The notes: generated by a model from the letters alone, not told the origin. 34,698 nt of DNA from a virus (IMGVR_UViG_3300034788_000011:1-34698), one strand, 5' to 3'; positions 10,575-19,671 are shown, counted from the stretch's first letter. A program made the numbers and translations.

Positions 10575-10883
10575 CTACTTACTTGCTGCTTCAAGTTGAC
10601 TAATAAGAGTTTCTTTTGTTTGTCTTCTATCAAGTTCAATACCAATAGAACGACCATAAACTTCAAGTTCTGCTTTAGTCATTGATAAATAATCAATTGA
10701 TTGAGTAGTTGGCTGAACGTCTTCTGACAATACGGTTGTGTTTGACGCCACAGGTAAATCAGGTTCAGTTCCACCAACTAATTCAATATTACTATTGAAC
10801 TCTCCGTTATATTCAAACTCTTCATCAGGTTCTCGCATGGATTGACCAACGAAACACTTGACTTTAGCTCTGTAAATAGGCAT
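10575..10883 (-). CDS. Head-region protein with C-terminal Rho-N/HeH-like motif, 102 aa
   Basis: SD AGGAG; C-terminal MTKAELEVYGRSIGIELDRRQTKETLISQL. Confidence 0.65.
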   Translation of the reverse strand: MPIYRAKVKCFVGQSMREPDEEFEYNGEFNSNIELVGGTEPDLPVASNTTVLSEDVQPTTQSIDYLSMTKAELEVYGRSIGIELDRRQTKETLISQLEAASK

Positions 10884-10895
10884 AGATTCTCCTTA

Positions 10896-11327
10896 TTAAG
10901 CTACGGTAAAACCAGAAGCATAAAACTTTCTACCGTCACCGATTGTTTCTACTATATCAGCAGTAACTTTACCAGCGTTAAAAGTACCAGCAATTGTGTA
11001 TCTAGCACCAATATATCTCTGGCCTTTGCCAGCAATATCTGGGTTAAAACGTACTACTACGTTTTTGCCTAATGTTAGTGCTGCTGTAAGGATTGCATCG
11101 CTGCTACCAATAACAGTAGGACTAGACAAGTTAGCATTTGCGCTAGAAATAACTTCAAACTTTACGCTTGTACCATTTGCTAATGCAGTAGTAACAGCAA
11201 AGTTCATATACAATGCAGTACCTTCACCTATGTCTCTAGCAGTTCCTAGATCTACAGTGTTAGTAGATACAGCAGTTGTTGTAAGTGCTTGATCTTCACT
11301 TACTCTGAGTAATGAATCAGTAATCAT
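10896..11327 (-). CDS. Capsid cement/decoration protein (BPP-1 Bbp16-like), 143 aa
   Basis: MITDSLLRVSEDQALTTTAVSTNTVDLG...RYIGARYT; immediately after the major capsid gene; SD AAGGAG. Confidence 0.85.
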   Translation of the reverse strand: MITDSLLRVSEDQALTTTAVSTNTVDLGTARDIGEGTALYMNFAVTTALANGTSVKFEVISSANANLSSPTVIGSSDAILTAALTLGKNVVVRFNPDIAGKGQRYIGARYTIAGTFNAGKVTADIVETIGDGRKFYASGFTVA

Positions 11328-11354
11328 TTTTAATCTCCTTTGTTAATAAATTAA

Positions 11355-12374
11355 TTAAACAACACGAGCTTCGCTGTTAATCAACGCATCCACTCTTCTT
11401 AGAGGTACGCCTAAGAATGATAAGTAGCTTTGTGCTGATCCAAACTGTGATAAACCTTCTTGTATTGACAAGACGTTTTGTGATTTATCAAGTGCTGCAA
11501 TAGACATTCCAGAATGAACTGTTCTGTTCATATAGAAAGCTGCTCTACCCATTGCCATGTTTGGTATTCTGTACAATGCTCTAGCCATTAACTTAATTAA
11601 ATTTGTTGATGCAGCAGCAGTTTGAGTGTTAGAGCTTGCAAGGAGGTCAGAAATGTCGATGTTGCAAATACGAACAACGTATCTCCAATCTTTAACAACA
11701 AGACCATTTTTCCACTGATAACGAGTAGCAAAAGCCTGTAATCTTGTACCGTCACTGTTGTATACAGTTTGCTCGCCAAGATCTTCGTGAGTTAAACCTG
11801 CTTTAGATCCTTTAGGAAAAGGACAATATACAGTTTGATCGCCCCAAACAACTAGATATACAGAAGCATTATCAGAACCTGATCCACCTGCATCAAGAAT
11901 GTTTACAGCATTATCTGCGGAAAGATCACCGTATCTTGGTGCTAAACCTAGAAATTTCTTAGGATCTGTTCCGGGATTACCATAAAACATAGTCTCAGCT
12001 TGAGTCTGGTTCATTGCTTCCAAGAACGCAGTATCTTCAGATAAACGGAACTGTGCAGTGTTACCATTTAACATTGCTAAGTCTTTGTCTACTTCAGAAC
12101 GTGCTTCAAGAATTGCACAAGCCTCATCAACTTGAGCAGTTGTTGATTTGCTGCCGGGAATACCTTGGTTTAATGCACGGAAATAAACTGATGGTAAACC
12201 AGTTCTAATAATTACACGTTCACCAGTAGGTAAATTACCTTCTTTAAACACACAATCATCTAGTATTTCGTTGCTTTGTGATAGTAATTCTGCAACGATT
12301 GGAACTCTACCGTCTGGGTCAGATCTTTTTGCCCAATCCGCTAGTGTTAAATTTGAGGTTGAGAGAGTAGCCAT
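11355..12374 (-). CDS. Major capsid protein (BPP-1/epsilon15-like HK97 fold), 339 aa
   Basis: LTLADWAKRSDPDG, RTGLPSVYFRALNQG, GLVVKDWRYVVRICNID, FLGVPLRRVDAL; SD AAGGAG. Confidence 0.93.
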   Translation of the reverse strand: MATLSTSNLTLADWAKRSDPDGRVPIVAELLSQSNEILDDCVFKEGNLPTGERVIIRTGLPSVYFRALNQGIPGSKSTTAQVDEACAILEARSEVDKDLAMLNGNTAQFRLSEDTAFLEAMNQTQAETMFYGNPGTDPKKFLGLAPRYGDLSADNAVNILDAGGSGSDNASVYLVVWGDQTVYCPFPKGSKAGLTHEDLGEQTVYNSDGTRLQAFATRYQWKNGLVVKDWRYVVRICNIDISDLLASSNTQTAAASTNLIKLMARALYRIPNMAMGRAAFYMNRTVHSGMSIAALDKSQNVLSIQEGLSQFGSAQSYLSFLGVPLRRVDALINSEARVV

Positions 12375-12385
12375 TTAATAACTCC

Positions 12386-13063
12386 TTACTTGTTTTGCTG
12401 ATTTGAATACAATGAATTTGCTATAGCGTTAAAATCCTTTGGGCCACTTGTTCTTAATGAATCAGCACCCTCAGAATTACCGATATAACTATCTTCACTG
12501 ATTGCCTTACCTGCTCTGTACATAAACCTGATTATCTCAGGGTGATTTCCAAAGCCTGTTTCAACGAGCAGCGACTTCAAGGCATCATTACCAAACGTAT
12601 CTAAAGCAGATTTTGCAGTTTTTAGATTGGCATCAAAATTTTCACCGCCAAATTCTTCATCTGATTGTGAATCATTGACCCATCCAGCTTTTGCATCTTC
12701 TAAGGCTTTAGCTTGTTTAGCTTGAACGACAGGTGCTACCTTGTCTAATACCTTTTGTGCAGCTTCTTGCGACAGGTTTAGTTCTTTAGCGACATCACCG
12801 AATGCAGTTAAGACTTCGGGGTCGAGTTCTTGCGGTGCGTCAGCCACCTTTGGATTAAACTCGTAATTTTCAGGCGCACCTTCTGGTGCTTCTGATTCGC
12901 TAGTTTCACTTTCAACAGTGGTTTCATCCGAAACTTGTTGATCCTGTGTTTCAGCTTGCTGTTGTGTTTCAGTAGTTTGCTCGCTAGTAGCAGTATCTAC
13001 TGGTTGCTGTTGTTCGCTGCCTTCATTTGTTTGGTTGGCTTCCGTCATCAGCATCTCTGACAT
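12386..13063 (-). CDS. Capsid scaffolding/assembly protein, 225 aa
   Basis: Acidic low-complexity N-terminus, AKELNLSQEAAQK, GFGNHPEIIRFMYRAGKAISED; directly upstream of the capsid gene. Confidence 0.82.
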   Translation of the reverse strand: MSEMLMTEANQTNEGSEQQQPVDTATSEQTTETQQQAETQDQQVSDETTVESETSESEAPEGAPENYEFNPKVADAPQELDPEVLTAFGDVAKELNLSQEAAQKVLDKVAPVVQAKQAKALEDAKAGWVNDSQSDEEFGGENFDANLKTAKSALDTFGNDALKSLLVETGFGNHPEIIRFMYRAGKAISEDSYIGNSEGADSLRTSGPKDFNAIANSLYSNQQNK

Positions 13064-13367
13064 TTTTTTGCTCCTTAATCATTGTCGGGTATAACTCAGG
13101 ACAGAGAGTGTGGATTAAGTTAAGTATTTGCAAACCATAGTTCCTGTTACCTTCGCTAAATGACATTGCCATTGCGTTAGTGTTGAACGATGATCGAAAA
13201 ACACCTGCTTGCTCCAGAAGTCTCCAGATTAATCTGCGACCCCTCTTGCTGCTCATGAGCCATTTAATATCCGACTCTTCATTTTGGCGGTCAATTCTTT
13301 CCGCAGACTTTTTATTGTCTTTAGATTTTTGTTGACCTTTGAGATCGAGAGGATTGTATTCGCTCAT
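13023..13367 (-). CDS. Bbp19-like head-module protein, 114 aa
   Basis: DIKWLMSSKRGRRLIWRLL...MSFSEGNRNYGL signature; position between portal and scaffold. Confidence 0.8.
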   Translation of the reverse strand: MSEYNPLDLKGQQKSKDNKKSAERIDRQNEESDIKWLMSSKRGRRLIWRLLEQAGVFRSSFNTNAMAMSFSEGNRNYGLQILNLIHTLCPELYPTMIKEQKNVRDADDGSQPNK

Positions 13368-13372
13368 AAACC

Positions 13373-13404
13373 AATATATCTAGTGATACCAAGGTTACGG
13401 TTAC
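13373..13404 (-). promoter_or_regulatory. Putative phage late promoter GTAACCGTAA-N16-TATATT, probably leaderless
   Basis: The -10 hexamer lies 5 nt before the ATG at 13367 and no SD is present. Confidence 0.75.
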
Positions 13405-13406
13405 AC

Positions 13407-13562
13407 CTAATTCTGTTTTGGATACATTTTCTTTGCAGTTTTTGCAGCATCTTTAAAATCTTTTGCAGTAGGTCTACCTTTTTCTCCCTTTCTTTTCATC
13501 CGTTCGCCAGAACCTTCTTTAATTCTTTTGCGTTTTTTGTGAATGTTTTCGTAAAGACTCAT
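13407..13562 (-). CDS. Small basic protein, 51 aa (MSLYENIHKKRKRIKEGSGERMKRKGEKGRPTAKDFKDAAKTAKKMYPKQN)
   Basis: Translated by hand; ATGA overlap with the upstream ORF; resembles small basic LYANIHAKRKR-type phage proteins. Confidence 0.75.
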   Translation of the reverse strand: MSLYENIHKKRKRIKEGSGERMKRKGEKGRPTAKDFKDAAKTAKKMYPKQN

Positions 13563-13729
13563 TTGTTTGTAGCTCCGTATAGTTTGTTTGCAAATTTTTC
13601 TTGTTTGGTTTTATTTTTTTTCTTTTCTTTTTCTTTTTTATTATGTTGTTCTAACATTTTTTTGTATTTCATTCTAAACTCGGCTGACATATTGCCATAA
13701 CCAAAGTTGTCTGCTGATTTTTGTGGCAT
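13559..13729 (-). CDS. Small Lys-rich protein, 56 aa (MPQKSADNFGYGNMSAEFRMKYKKML...)
   Basis: Translated by hand; strong SD AGGAGG just upstream; coupled to the next gene. Confidence 0.72.
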   Translation of the reverse strand: MPQKSADNFGYGNMSAEFRMKYKKMLEQHNKKEKEKKKNKTKQEKFANKLYGATNK

Positions 13730-13737
13730 AAAACCTC

Positions 13738-14103
13738 CTATGCTAGGTAAGTTGATGTATCAGCAACAGGTTGCGCCTTGGGAGGAGGTGTTGCTGCCTT
13801 TTCTCCATACAATCCTTCTGCCTGATCACCACTTTTATCAAATGGTTCTATACCCATTGCAGTTATTTGTAACTCTACATTTTGTTCTACACCATCTTTT
13901 TCTTTACTTTCTCTAACAGTTTTGACATATGCCAAACCTTTAATCATCATTTCACTACCAGCTTCTGGTAATTTTTCTATACCTAGTTTTTCTAGTTCTT
14001 CTCTACCTAAAGATATACATAAACCGTAGCTATACATCGGTTCATCGTACATTTCCTCGCTATCTATAGGTTGTGCGTCTTTTTTTAGATCAATTAAATC
14101 CAT
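13738..14103 (-). CDS. Putative capsid staple-like protein, 121 aa
   Basis: YSYGLCISLGREELEKLGI...VELQITAM motif; directly after the portal. Confidence 0.6.
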   Translation of the reverse strand: MDLIDLKKDAQPIDSEEMYDEPMYSYGLCISLGREELEKLGIEKLPEAGSEMMIKGLAYVKTVRESKEKDGVEQNVELQITAMGIEPFDKSGDQAEGLYGEKAATPPPKAQPVADTSTYLA

Positions 14104-14105
14104 TT

Positions 14106-15779
14106 TTATACCTCTAATGGTGATGGTGAGTTGTAACCGCTAAATTGGTTCATCATGTCCATAGCATTACCTGCATCTACTTTACCTAATTTTGCCATAT
14201 TTTCAGCAGCTTGATTTTGTGCTTCTTGTTGTGCCATTGCTTGTTGCTGTTCTGCTCTTGCCTGACGTATTTTTGCTACCTGTGGGCCACTTACTATTAA
14301 ATTAGGATCTACACCTAACATATCAGCATAACCATCTGCCCATGCATCAGAATTAAACTTGTCTAATACATCAGGTTTCATCTGTGCAACCATACCCATA
14401 CTGTTTACATACCTATCTACACTGTTTGTACCAATAGCACGTTGCGCTTGTGCCAACATAGATACAAATTCTACGTTTAATTCCATGCCTTGCAACTCTT
14501 CTGGGGCTGGTGGTACTAGTCCAGCTTCTACCATCCTGTCAAAAGTTATATCAATTAATGGATCTAACAACTCATTGTGCAATCTTTCTAATACTGGCCC
14601 TAACATAAGCAGTTTTTCTTCGTGACGTTCTGCTACTTCTGTTGCTGTCATGCGTGTGTCAGTAGCATTTGCCAACATAAGAAACAAATCAGCATAAAAA
14701 CTACCATTAATACGACTACGAACATCCTGTATGTCCATTAATAGGTGTTGTAAATTAAGATTTACGTTAAATGCTGTCTCTATTTTGCCCTGCGCCCCAT
14801 CAATAAACGTAACCCCACCCGGCAAACTGTCTACATCTCTGTTTTTCATGTAGCTAGGCACTTGTAATGGTGGTTTTGTTTGGTAATCAATGCCCTGTGC
14901 CTTGCGTAATTGTTCATGTTGTAGCTGTTTTATGTCACCCAATGACTCCATACCGGGTGAATTGCCATAAATATCGCCACCTGCTACGCCCCATCTTGGT
15001 ATAACTGCCGGAAATTCCTTAAATCCGCTTTCTCTTAACACTTGATCGCCATCACTACCTGTTTCAAAGTAACAAGACTTGTATGGCATATTCATATTGT
15101 CCTTCTTTTTGTAGTCACGATCCCTATCATCCCTTGGTTCTATAGCATGAACCAATGTAATCCAACTATCTAATGAACCTCTGTCGTACAAGTTTTTAAC
15201 AGACGTTGAACATTTGTTATATCCAAACTCTCTTACTACTTCTCCTACTGTTTTTTGAAATTCTCTGTACAAAGTGTTAACTCTGCCCTGATAATCTGTA
15301 GCTATTGCATATTCTCCAATGGTTACAGGGTAATGATGTATAGCGTTTTTGCTATCGGGGAGGATAATAGAGCCAGCCGTACCAAATGCTCCAAGTTCTT
15401 CGTATATTCCATGTAATGTTCGGTATGTATTGGATTTTTGAAACACTAATTGCATACGTTCTGTAACATCTGCCAGCCATAATTTGACAGGAGCGTAGCT
15501 ATTTAACTCAGGATCAGCAGTACCTAACCTAAACCACGGTCTTGCAGGGGATGTAGCACCAGCCATCATGCCAGCACCCAATGTTCTTAATGCTCTTGTA
15601 CCAGTATTGTCATATATTGAGTTATGTCTTCTATGTCCTTTGTTTCTATCTTGCTGAAAATAACGTCCGTTTCTTGGTAATAAATATGTTGTCACTTCTT
15701 GCCAATGCGACCACCACGTTGCCCTTTCAGACCTAAGATGCCCCCACCTTGTTATTAACTTTTCTTTTTTTGTTTTCAT
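14106..15779 (-). CDS. Portal (head-tail connector) protein, 557 aa
   Basis: ATSPARPWFRL, YGNSPGMESLGDIKQLQ, MTATEVAERHEEKLLMLGPVLERL (T7 gp8/BPP-1 portal family). Confidence 0.95.
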   Translation of the reverse strand: MKTKKEKLITRWGHLRSERATWWSHWQEVTTYLLPRNGRYFQQDRNKGHRRHNSIYDNTGTRALRTLGAGMMAGATSPARPWFRLGTADPELNSYAPVKLWLADVTERMQLVFQKSNTYRTLHGIYEELGAFGTAGSIILPDSKNAIHHYPVTIGEYAIATDYQGRVNTLYREFQKTVGEVVREFGYNKCSTSVKNLYDRGSLDSWITLVHAIEPRDDRDRDYKKKDNMNMPYKSCYFETGSDGDQVLRESGFKEFPAVIPRWGVAGGDIYGNSPGMESLGDIKQLQHEQLRKAQGIDYQTKPPLQVPSYMKNRDVDSLPGGVTFIDGAQGKIETAFNVNLNLQHLLMDIQDVRSRINGSFYADLFLMLANATDTRMTATEVAERHEEKLLMLGPVLERLHNELLDPLIDITFDRMVEAGLVPPAPEELQGMELNVEFVSMLAQAQRAIGTNSVDRYVNSMGMVAQMKPDVLDKFNSDAWADGYADMLGVDPNLIVSGPQVAKIRQARAEQQQAMAQQEAQNQAAENMAKLGKVDAGNAMDMMNQFSGYNSPSPLEV

Positions 15780-15782
15780 AGG

Positions 15783-16184
15783 TTAACTTCCTAATAAAGT
15801 ATTGCCACCTAAATTCAATAATGATGGATCTACTCCATAACCACCTGTTAATAGGCTACCGCCACCCATTCCTCTTGTTTGTTGTCCTCTAGTACCTGCA
15901 TCTGCTTTTCTATTGTTAGTTAACACCGTTGCAGCAGGGCCAGCTTTTGCAGCCTGTTCACTTCTACTTACAATTGCTTCTACTTCTGGCTGTTTCTGTA
16001 CTGCTCTGTTGTATTCAATGTCAGCACGTTCTGCTTCTGCCTGTGCAGTTTCTCTTGCCTGTTCGTTAGCTGCTCTTTGTTCTTGTAATGCTCTGTCTTG
16101 CGCTCGTTTCTGTTCATTAGCAGCTTTGTTTGCTACATAAACACCTGCTGCGCCTACAGCACCTACAACTGCTGCTACTGCCAT
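15783..16184 (-). CDS. Small virion/ejection-type protein upstream of the portal, 133 aa
   Basis: Start moved to MAVAAVVGAVG (SD AAGGAG). Hydrophobic N-terminus, Ala/Gln coiled coil, SLLTG...TLLG C-terminus. Confidence 0.7.
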   Translation of the reverse strand: MAVAAVVGAVGAAGVYVANKAANEQKRAQDRALQEQRAANEQARETAQAEAERADIEYNRAVQKQPEVEAIVSRSEQAAKAGPAATVLTNNRKADAGTRGQQTRGMGGGSLLTGGYGVDPSLLNLGGNTLLGS

Positions 16185-16185
16185 G

Positions 16186-16635
16186 TCATAACTCCTTGGA
16201 ATAAATAATGTCTTGTACACCGTATTTTAGTCTCGGCAAGATAGCAGCTAAAGTGGTGTTTTCTTTGGCGTGCCATAGCATTAATTTGCATCCGAGTGAT
16301 GTTGCATGGGTTTCTGTTTCCTTAATCAAACGTAAACCTGCTCTGCTACCTCTAAATTCTTTCTTGATAAACAAGAGATCGTTTTGAGCTAACTTAAGAT
16401 CAGCATAATGTGGATGATTAAGTACAAAATTAACAGAATAGCCAATTAATTCATCATCTTGCCTAGCTGAAAAGATAAAGATTTGACGCATCTCTTCCAT
16501 GTTTCGATACGCCTGTTCATCTGGCTTAAGTTTCATAACTTGTTTGTTACGAGCAATCTCTTCGTAATGCTCTTCAAACAAAATATTTGCTTGAGCCAAC
16601 ATCTCGTCAACTGTGGCTAGTTTGATGTCAATCAT
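16186..16635 (-). CDS. GNAT-family acyltransferase, 149 aa
   Basis: LIGY strand, LFIKKEFRGSRAGLRLIKETE acetyl-CoA-binding motif A. Confidence 0.85.
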   Translation of the reverse strand: MIDIKLATVDEMLAQANILFEEHYEEIARNKQVMKLKPDEQAYRNMEEMRQIFIFSARQDDELIGYSVNFVLNHPHYADLKLAQNDLLFIKKEFRGSRAGLRLIKETETHATSLGCKLMLWHAKENTTLAAILPRLKYGVQDIIYSKEL

Positions 16636-17260
16636 TAACTACTCCACATTCGTCAAATGTAACTGCATTTTTGTCAGTTACGGTCACGCCTTCCATAGAA
16701 AAGTATTTAGTTACACAATCAAATATTATATGTACTCTGTCGGTCATGCCAACATTGTCCGCAGTGTGTAGTTTTTTGTGGTTAAACCACCAGACGTCAC
16801 CTACCTCAAACTTTTGCTTTTGATCTCCGCAAGTTTGGCTACACCATTGATTACTTTGCAACACTAAATGAAATCTAGAGTAGTGATCTGCATAGAATCC
16901 TTGGTCATTATGTTTGGTTACATGGCCACTAGGTTTTAAATTAACAATTACTACCCTTCCCATGTCTTTAACTTCTAGTTTTTTTAGCACTGGTTGCATC
17001 AATGGCACTAATGCAGGTTTTAAATATTCCATACATGGGTAGTCGTATGATCCTGTATCCCATATGACGTAGTAATGACTCATTTTGTATGGCCCTCTAA
17101 CGTATATCGACTCCGTATCTTTGTGTGGTGACCCAGTAAATTTTTGCCTTGCTGTTATTTCTTTCCATAACTCAGGTTTGGCATCTAATAATTTAAGCAA
17201 TGGCTTTACATCTAAACCATGTGCTACACGGACAAAGTTAGATTCTTGTGTATGGGTCAT
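16628..17260 (-). CDS. 2OG-Fe(II) oxygenase of the Asp/Asn beta-hydroxylase family, 210 aa
   Basis: LKPSGHVTKHND (HxD), RFHLVL, GDVWWFNHKKLHTADN (distal His), DRVHIIFD (Arg). Confidence 0.88.
   Translation of the reverse strand: MTHTQESNFVRVAHGLDVKPLLKLLDAKPELWKEITARQKFTGSPHKDTESIYVRGPYKMSHYYVIWDTGSYDYPCMEYLKPALVPLMQPVLKKLEVKDMGRVVIVNLKPSGHVTKHNDQGFYADHYSRFHLVLQSNQWCSQTCGDQKQKFEVGDVWWFNHKKLHTADNVGMTDRVHIIFDCVTKYFSMEGVTVTDKNAVTFDECGVVND
16656..16687 (-). promoter_or_regulatory. Putative phage late promoter GTGACCGTAA-N16-TACATT inside the hydroxylase 3' end
   Basis: Third copy of the motif, with the same 16-nt spacer, upstream of the GNAT SD and start. Confidence 0.68.
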
Positions 17261-18572
17261 AATCAGCTTTCTGTGTGGCTTCTTTACGTCTTTTAATGTA
17301 TATGTCCTCTGCTACCTTTTTGGCTACTGGTAACGCAAATGTTAATGCTAGTGCATCAGCTAGATCTGGTGACCCTGCACCCTGCAATCTTTTCTTTATT
17401 TGATCCTTACCTTCCAATACACGCCTACCTACATTGTCGTACCAATATATCGGTGTTGCTAGTTCTTGCTTGAGGGCTACATCGTTTGGTATTGCACCTC
17501 CTTCTTCTATCCATTGCTTCATTAACCACCACATTTCTGTTCTACGGTTGATGTATTGATCTGGTTTCATTGCCTTACCACCAAACGGTATTTCGATTAC
17601 GTCATATGACAATTGCCTTAGTCTGTCGATTACGCCACTACCTGCACCTGCATCACAAAACACTGCATCTGGTTTATGTTGCTCTATCAGATTGGCTACT
17701 CTGGACGCTAATTCCATATTGTCTATACCTCGATATACAACTGGCTTAAATGCTTGTTTGCCCTGCCGTCTAAACACTACAGATCGGTCATCACCAAACC
17801 TTGCAGGGTCGATGCCAAGGATTATGGGAAACAATCGTACATGGTCTTGTTGGTATATGCGCTTGGCTGCATCTTCGGTATCTGCCAATGCAATTAACTG
17901 GTCATCACCCTGTGCAGAAAAGTCACATAAATACTCTCTAGCAAACGATGTCTCACTCATATCACGTTGCAACCTTTTTACCTCGTCTGGGTGTAGCGAA
18001 TCAGTATCGAATACTGTGTACCTTGCTGCTGTCCATCCCTCCTCATTGACAGCCTTGTAATACAGTTCTGAAAAGAGGTTGATACCACTCGGAGTTCCTA
18101 TAAAGATAGACCACCCAAGACGGTCAGATAGTGCTGGCTGGACTATGTCTGTCCATAGCTCGTTCTTCAACTGAGCCACCTCGTCCATGACTATGCCGTC
18201 CAAACGCAGACCTCGCATCGCATCTGGATTGTCTCCACCAAACAATCTGATGATCGCTCCATTGTGTTTAAACCTGACCGATAGCTCACCCTCGTTAATG
18301 TCGATTACAGAGGTTCTACGCAATGGTTCAAGTTTGCTTTTTAATCTTTGCCATGCAATAGCTTTTGCCTGTCTTAAAAACGGAGCAATATAAATAAACA
18401 TGGCTAGTTCTTTCTCTGTCTTCATGGCCTTGTCTATCAGTTCCATGATTGCCAGTTCTGTCTTACCTGATCGCCTGTGCAATGCGTAAACGCTAAACCT
18501 TTGTTTCTTTATATGGCATTCTCTCTGCCAAGTACGAGGTGTGTAATCTAGCTTGATCAACGGTTGTCTCAC
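17238..18572 (-). CDS. terL: Terminase large subunit, 444 aa
   Basis: HRRSGKT Walker A, GIVMDE Walker B, IGTPSG, GIDPARFGDD and SPDLADALALTF nuclease motifs. Confidence 0.95.
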   Translation of the reverse strand: MRQPLIKLDYTPRTWQRECHIKKQRFSVYALHRRSGKTELAIMELIDKAMKTEKELAMFIYIAPFLRQAKAIAWQRLKSKLEPLRRTSVIDINEGELSVRFKHNGAIIRLFGGDNPDAMRGLRLDGIVMDEVAQLKNELWTDIVQPALSDRLGWSIFIGTPSGINLFSELYYKAVNEEGWTAARYTVFDTDSLHPDEVKRLQRDMSETSFAREYLCDFSAQGDDQLIALADTEDAAKRIYQQDHVRLFPIILGIDPARFGDDRSVVFRRQGKQAFKPVVYRGIDNMELASRVANLIEQHKPDAVFCDAGAGSGVIDRLRQLSYDVIEIPFGGKAMKPDQYINRRTEMWWLMKQWIEEGGAIPNDVALKQELATPIYWYDNVGRRVLEGKDQIKKRLQGAGSPDLADALALTFALPVAKKVAEDIYIKRRKEATQKADYDPYTRI

Positions 18573-19030
18573 ACTTGTGGAACGCCTGTTGAAATAGTCA
18601 AACTAATATCTCCCTTTGCATCAATTCCAACTCTTTCTCCATACTTTTTAGGATTCCATTTGGCTAACAACTTAAGTCTTGCTTCTACCCTATTCTTCTG
18701 CATCTGCACTGCTGCTGGATCTAGCCTTGTATTGCCCTCAGAACCGCACAAAGGAGGAGGAGAATCTATTATCTCCAGACATTCTTCTGCAATAGCATCA
18801 GCACCCATGTCTCGCGCGTGTGCGAAGCGTGCAATAAAGTCTCCATCATCTTTTTCCAACCAGTTATAAATAGTTCTCCAGTTTGGTTTATTTTTCTGTC
18901 TGCAATAAGATCTCAAAGTATTACCATGAGCAATCCATTCTATTATTTCGTTAACGACAACAGGATCAGGTTTCGTTACAGGTCTTCCTAATTGTTTTCC
19001 AGTTTTCTGCAATTTGACATCGTCTTTCAT
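18569..19030 (-). CDS. terS: Terminase small subunit (true start may be a few codons downstream)
   Basis: GRP motif, IIEWIAHGNTLRSYCR HTH, RLKLLAKWNPKKYGE; directly upstream of terL. Confidence 0.88.
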   Translation of the reverse strand: MKDDVKLQKTGKQLGRPVTKPDPVVVNEIIEWIAHGNTLRSYCRQKNKPNWRTIYNWLEKDDGDFIARFAHARDMGADAIAEECLEIIDSPPPLCGSEGNTRLDPAAVQMQKNRVEARLKLLAKWNPKKYGERVGIDAKGDISLTISTGVPQV

Positions 19031-19238
19031 AACGGCAAAGTTTAGCTACAGTACCTCTACTTATATTAAATATTTTAGAGAGAGTACCGTAACCAATACC
19101 ATAATCTTCATGAAGATCTCGTAAAGCATCTACGGTTATATCAGAGATAGTGCTGTTATGATGATCAGCCCCAACTCTGTAACCTTTCTCATTAACTCCA
19201 ACTACAAGGTGAGTTATTTTAGTTGTAGCTAAAGTCAT
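18966..19238 (-). CDS. Stand-alone HTH protein heading the morphogenesis arm, 90 aa
   Basis: Start moved to MTLATTK. GADHHNSTISD...YGTLSKIFNISRGTVAKLCR resembles the C-terminal HTH of HNH homing endonucleases. Confidence 0.7.
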   Translation of the reverse strand: MTLATTKITHLVVGVNEKGYRVGADHHNSTISDITVDALRDLHEDYGIGYGTLSKIFNISRGTVAKLCRYERRCQIAENWKTIRKTCNET

Positions 19239-19263
19239 TAAATATATAAGTAAAATTAGACAT

Positions 19264-19292
19264 AATATAGAGAAATGTAGAGTAAATCGCAA
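19264..19292 (-). promoter_or_regulatory. sigma70-type leftward promoter TTGCGA-N17-TATATT
   Basis: Canonical spacing, 25 nt upstream of the ATG at 19238, divergent from the early arm. Confidence 0.6.
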
Positions 19293-19309
19293 TACTTAAA
19301 ATTAATTTG

Positions 19310-19338
19310 TTGACACCTGTTGGATTATATGCAACACT
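19310..19338 (+). promoter_or_regulatory. Early promoter TTGACA-N17-AACACT containing operator 1 (19318-19336)
   Basis: Perfect -35; spacer and -10 overlapped by TGTTGGA-ttata-TGCAACA. Confidence 0.75.
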
Positions 19339-19368
19339 ATAAAAGTACATTACTATTTTCTAATAACA

Positions 19369-19671
19369 ATGACTACTGAAACTTTCACACCTAGCGAAAT
19401 CCATGAACAAGCAAGTACATGGTTTATGACACACGCAGGTACTTATGCAAGATTGCTTAAGCGCACTAAAGCAGAAGCAAAAAGAGCATTTGTTGTATTT
19501 AGCGACTTAATGCTTGGCGTTGATTACAGAGATGTCAAAGGCAAAGCTAACAAAGATGCATTTATCAATGCTTTCATGTCTAGCTCAACTGTATCTGCAA
19601 TTACTGCACAGCAACTAGTCGAGGGTTCTGTTGAATACAAAGAATTAGTTGACGCATACTTGGGTGAATAA
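19369..19671 (+). CDS. First early protein, 100 aa, unknown function
   Basis: ORF between its own promoter and terminator. Confidence 0.75.
   Translation: MTTETFTPSEIHEQASTWFMTHAGTYARLLKRTKAEAKRAFVVFSDLMLGVDYRDVKGKANKDAFINAFMSSSTVSAITAQQLVEGSVEYKELVDAYLGE

Noticed and set aside
6751-18869. Other antisense or alternate-frame ORFs inside structural genes, including the Phe-rich 13284-13700 ORF
   Set aside because: They overlap well-supported genes; the Phe-rich one is the reverse complement of the Lys-rich mini-genes.
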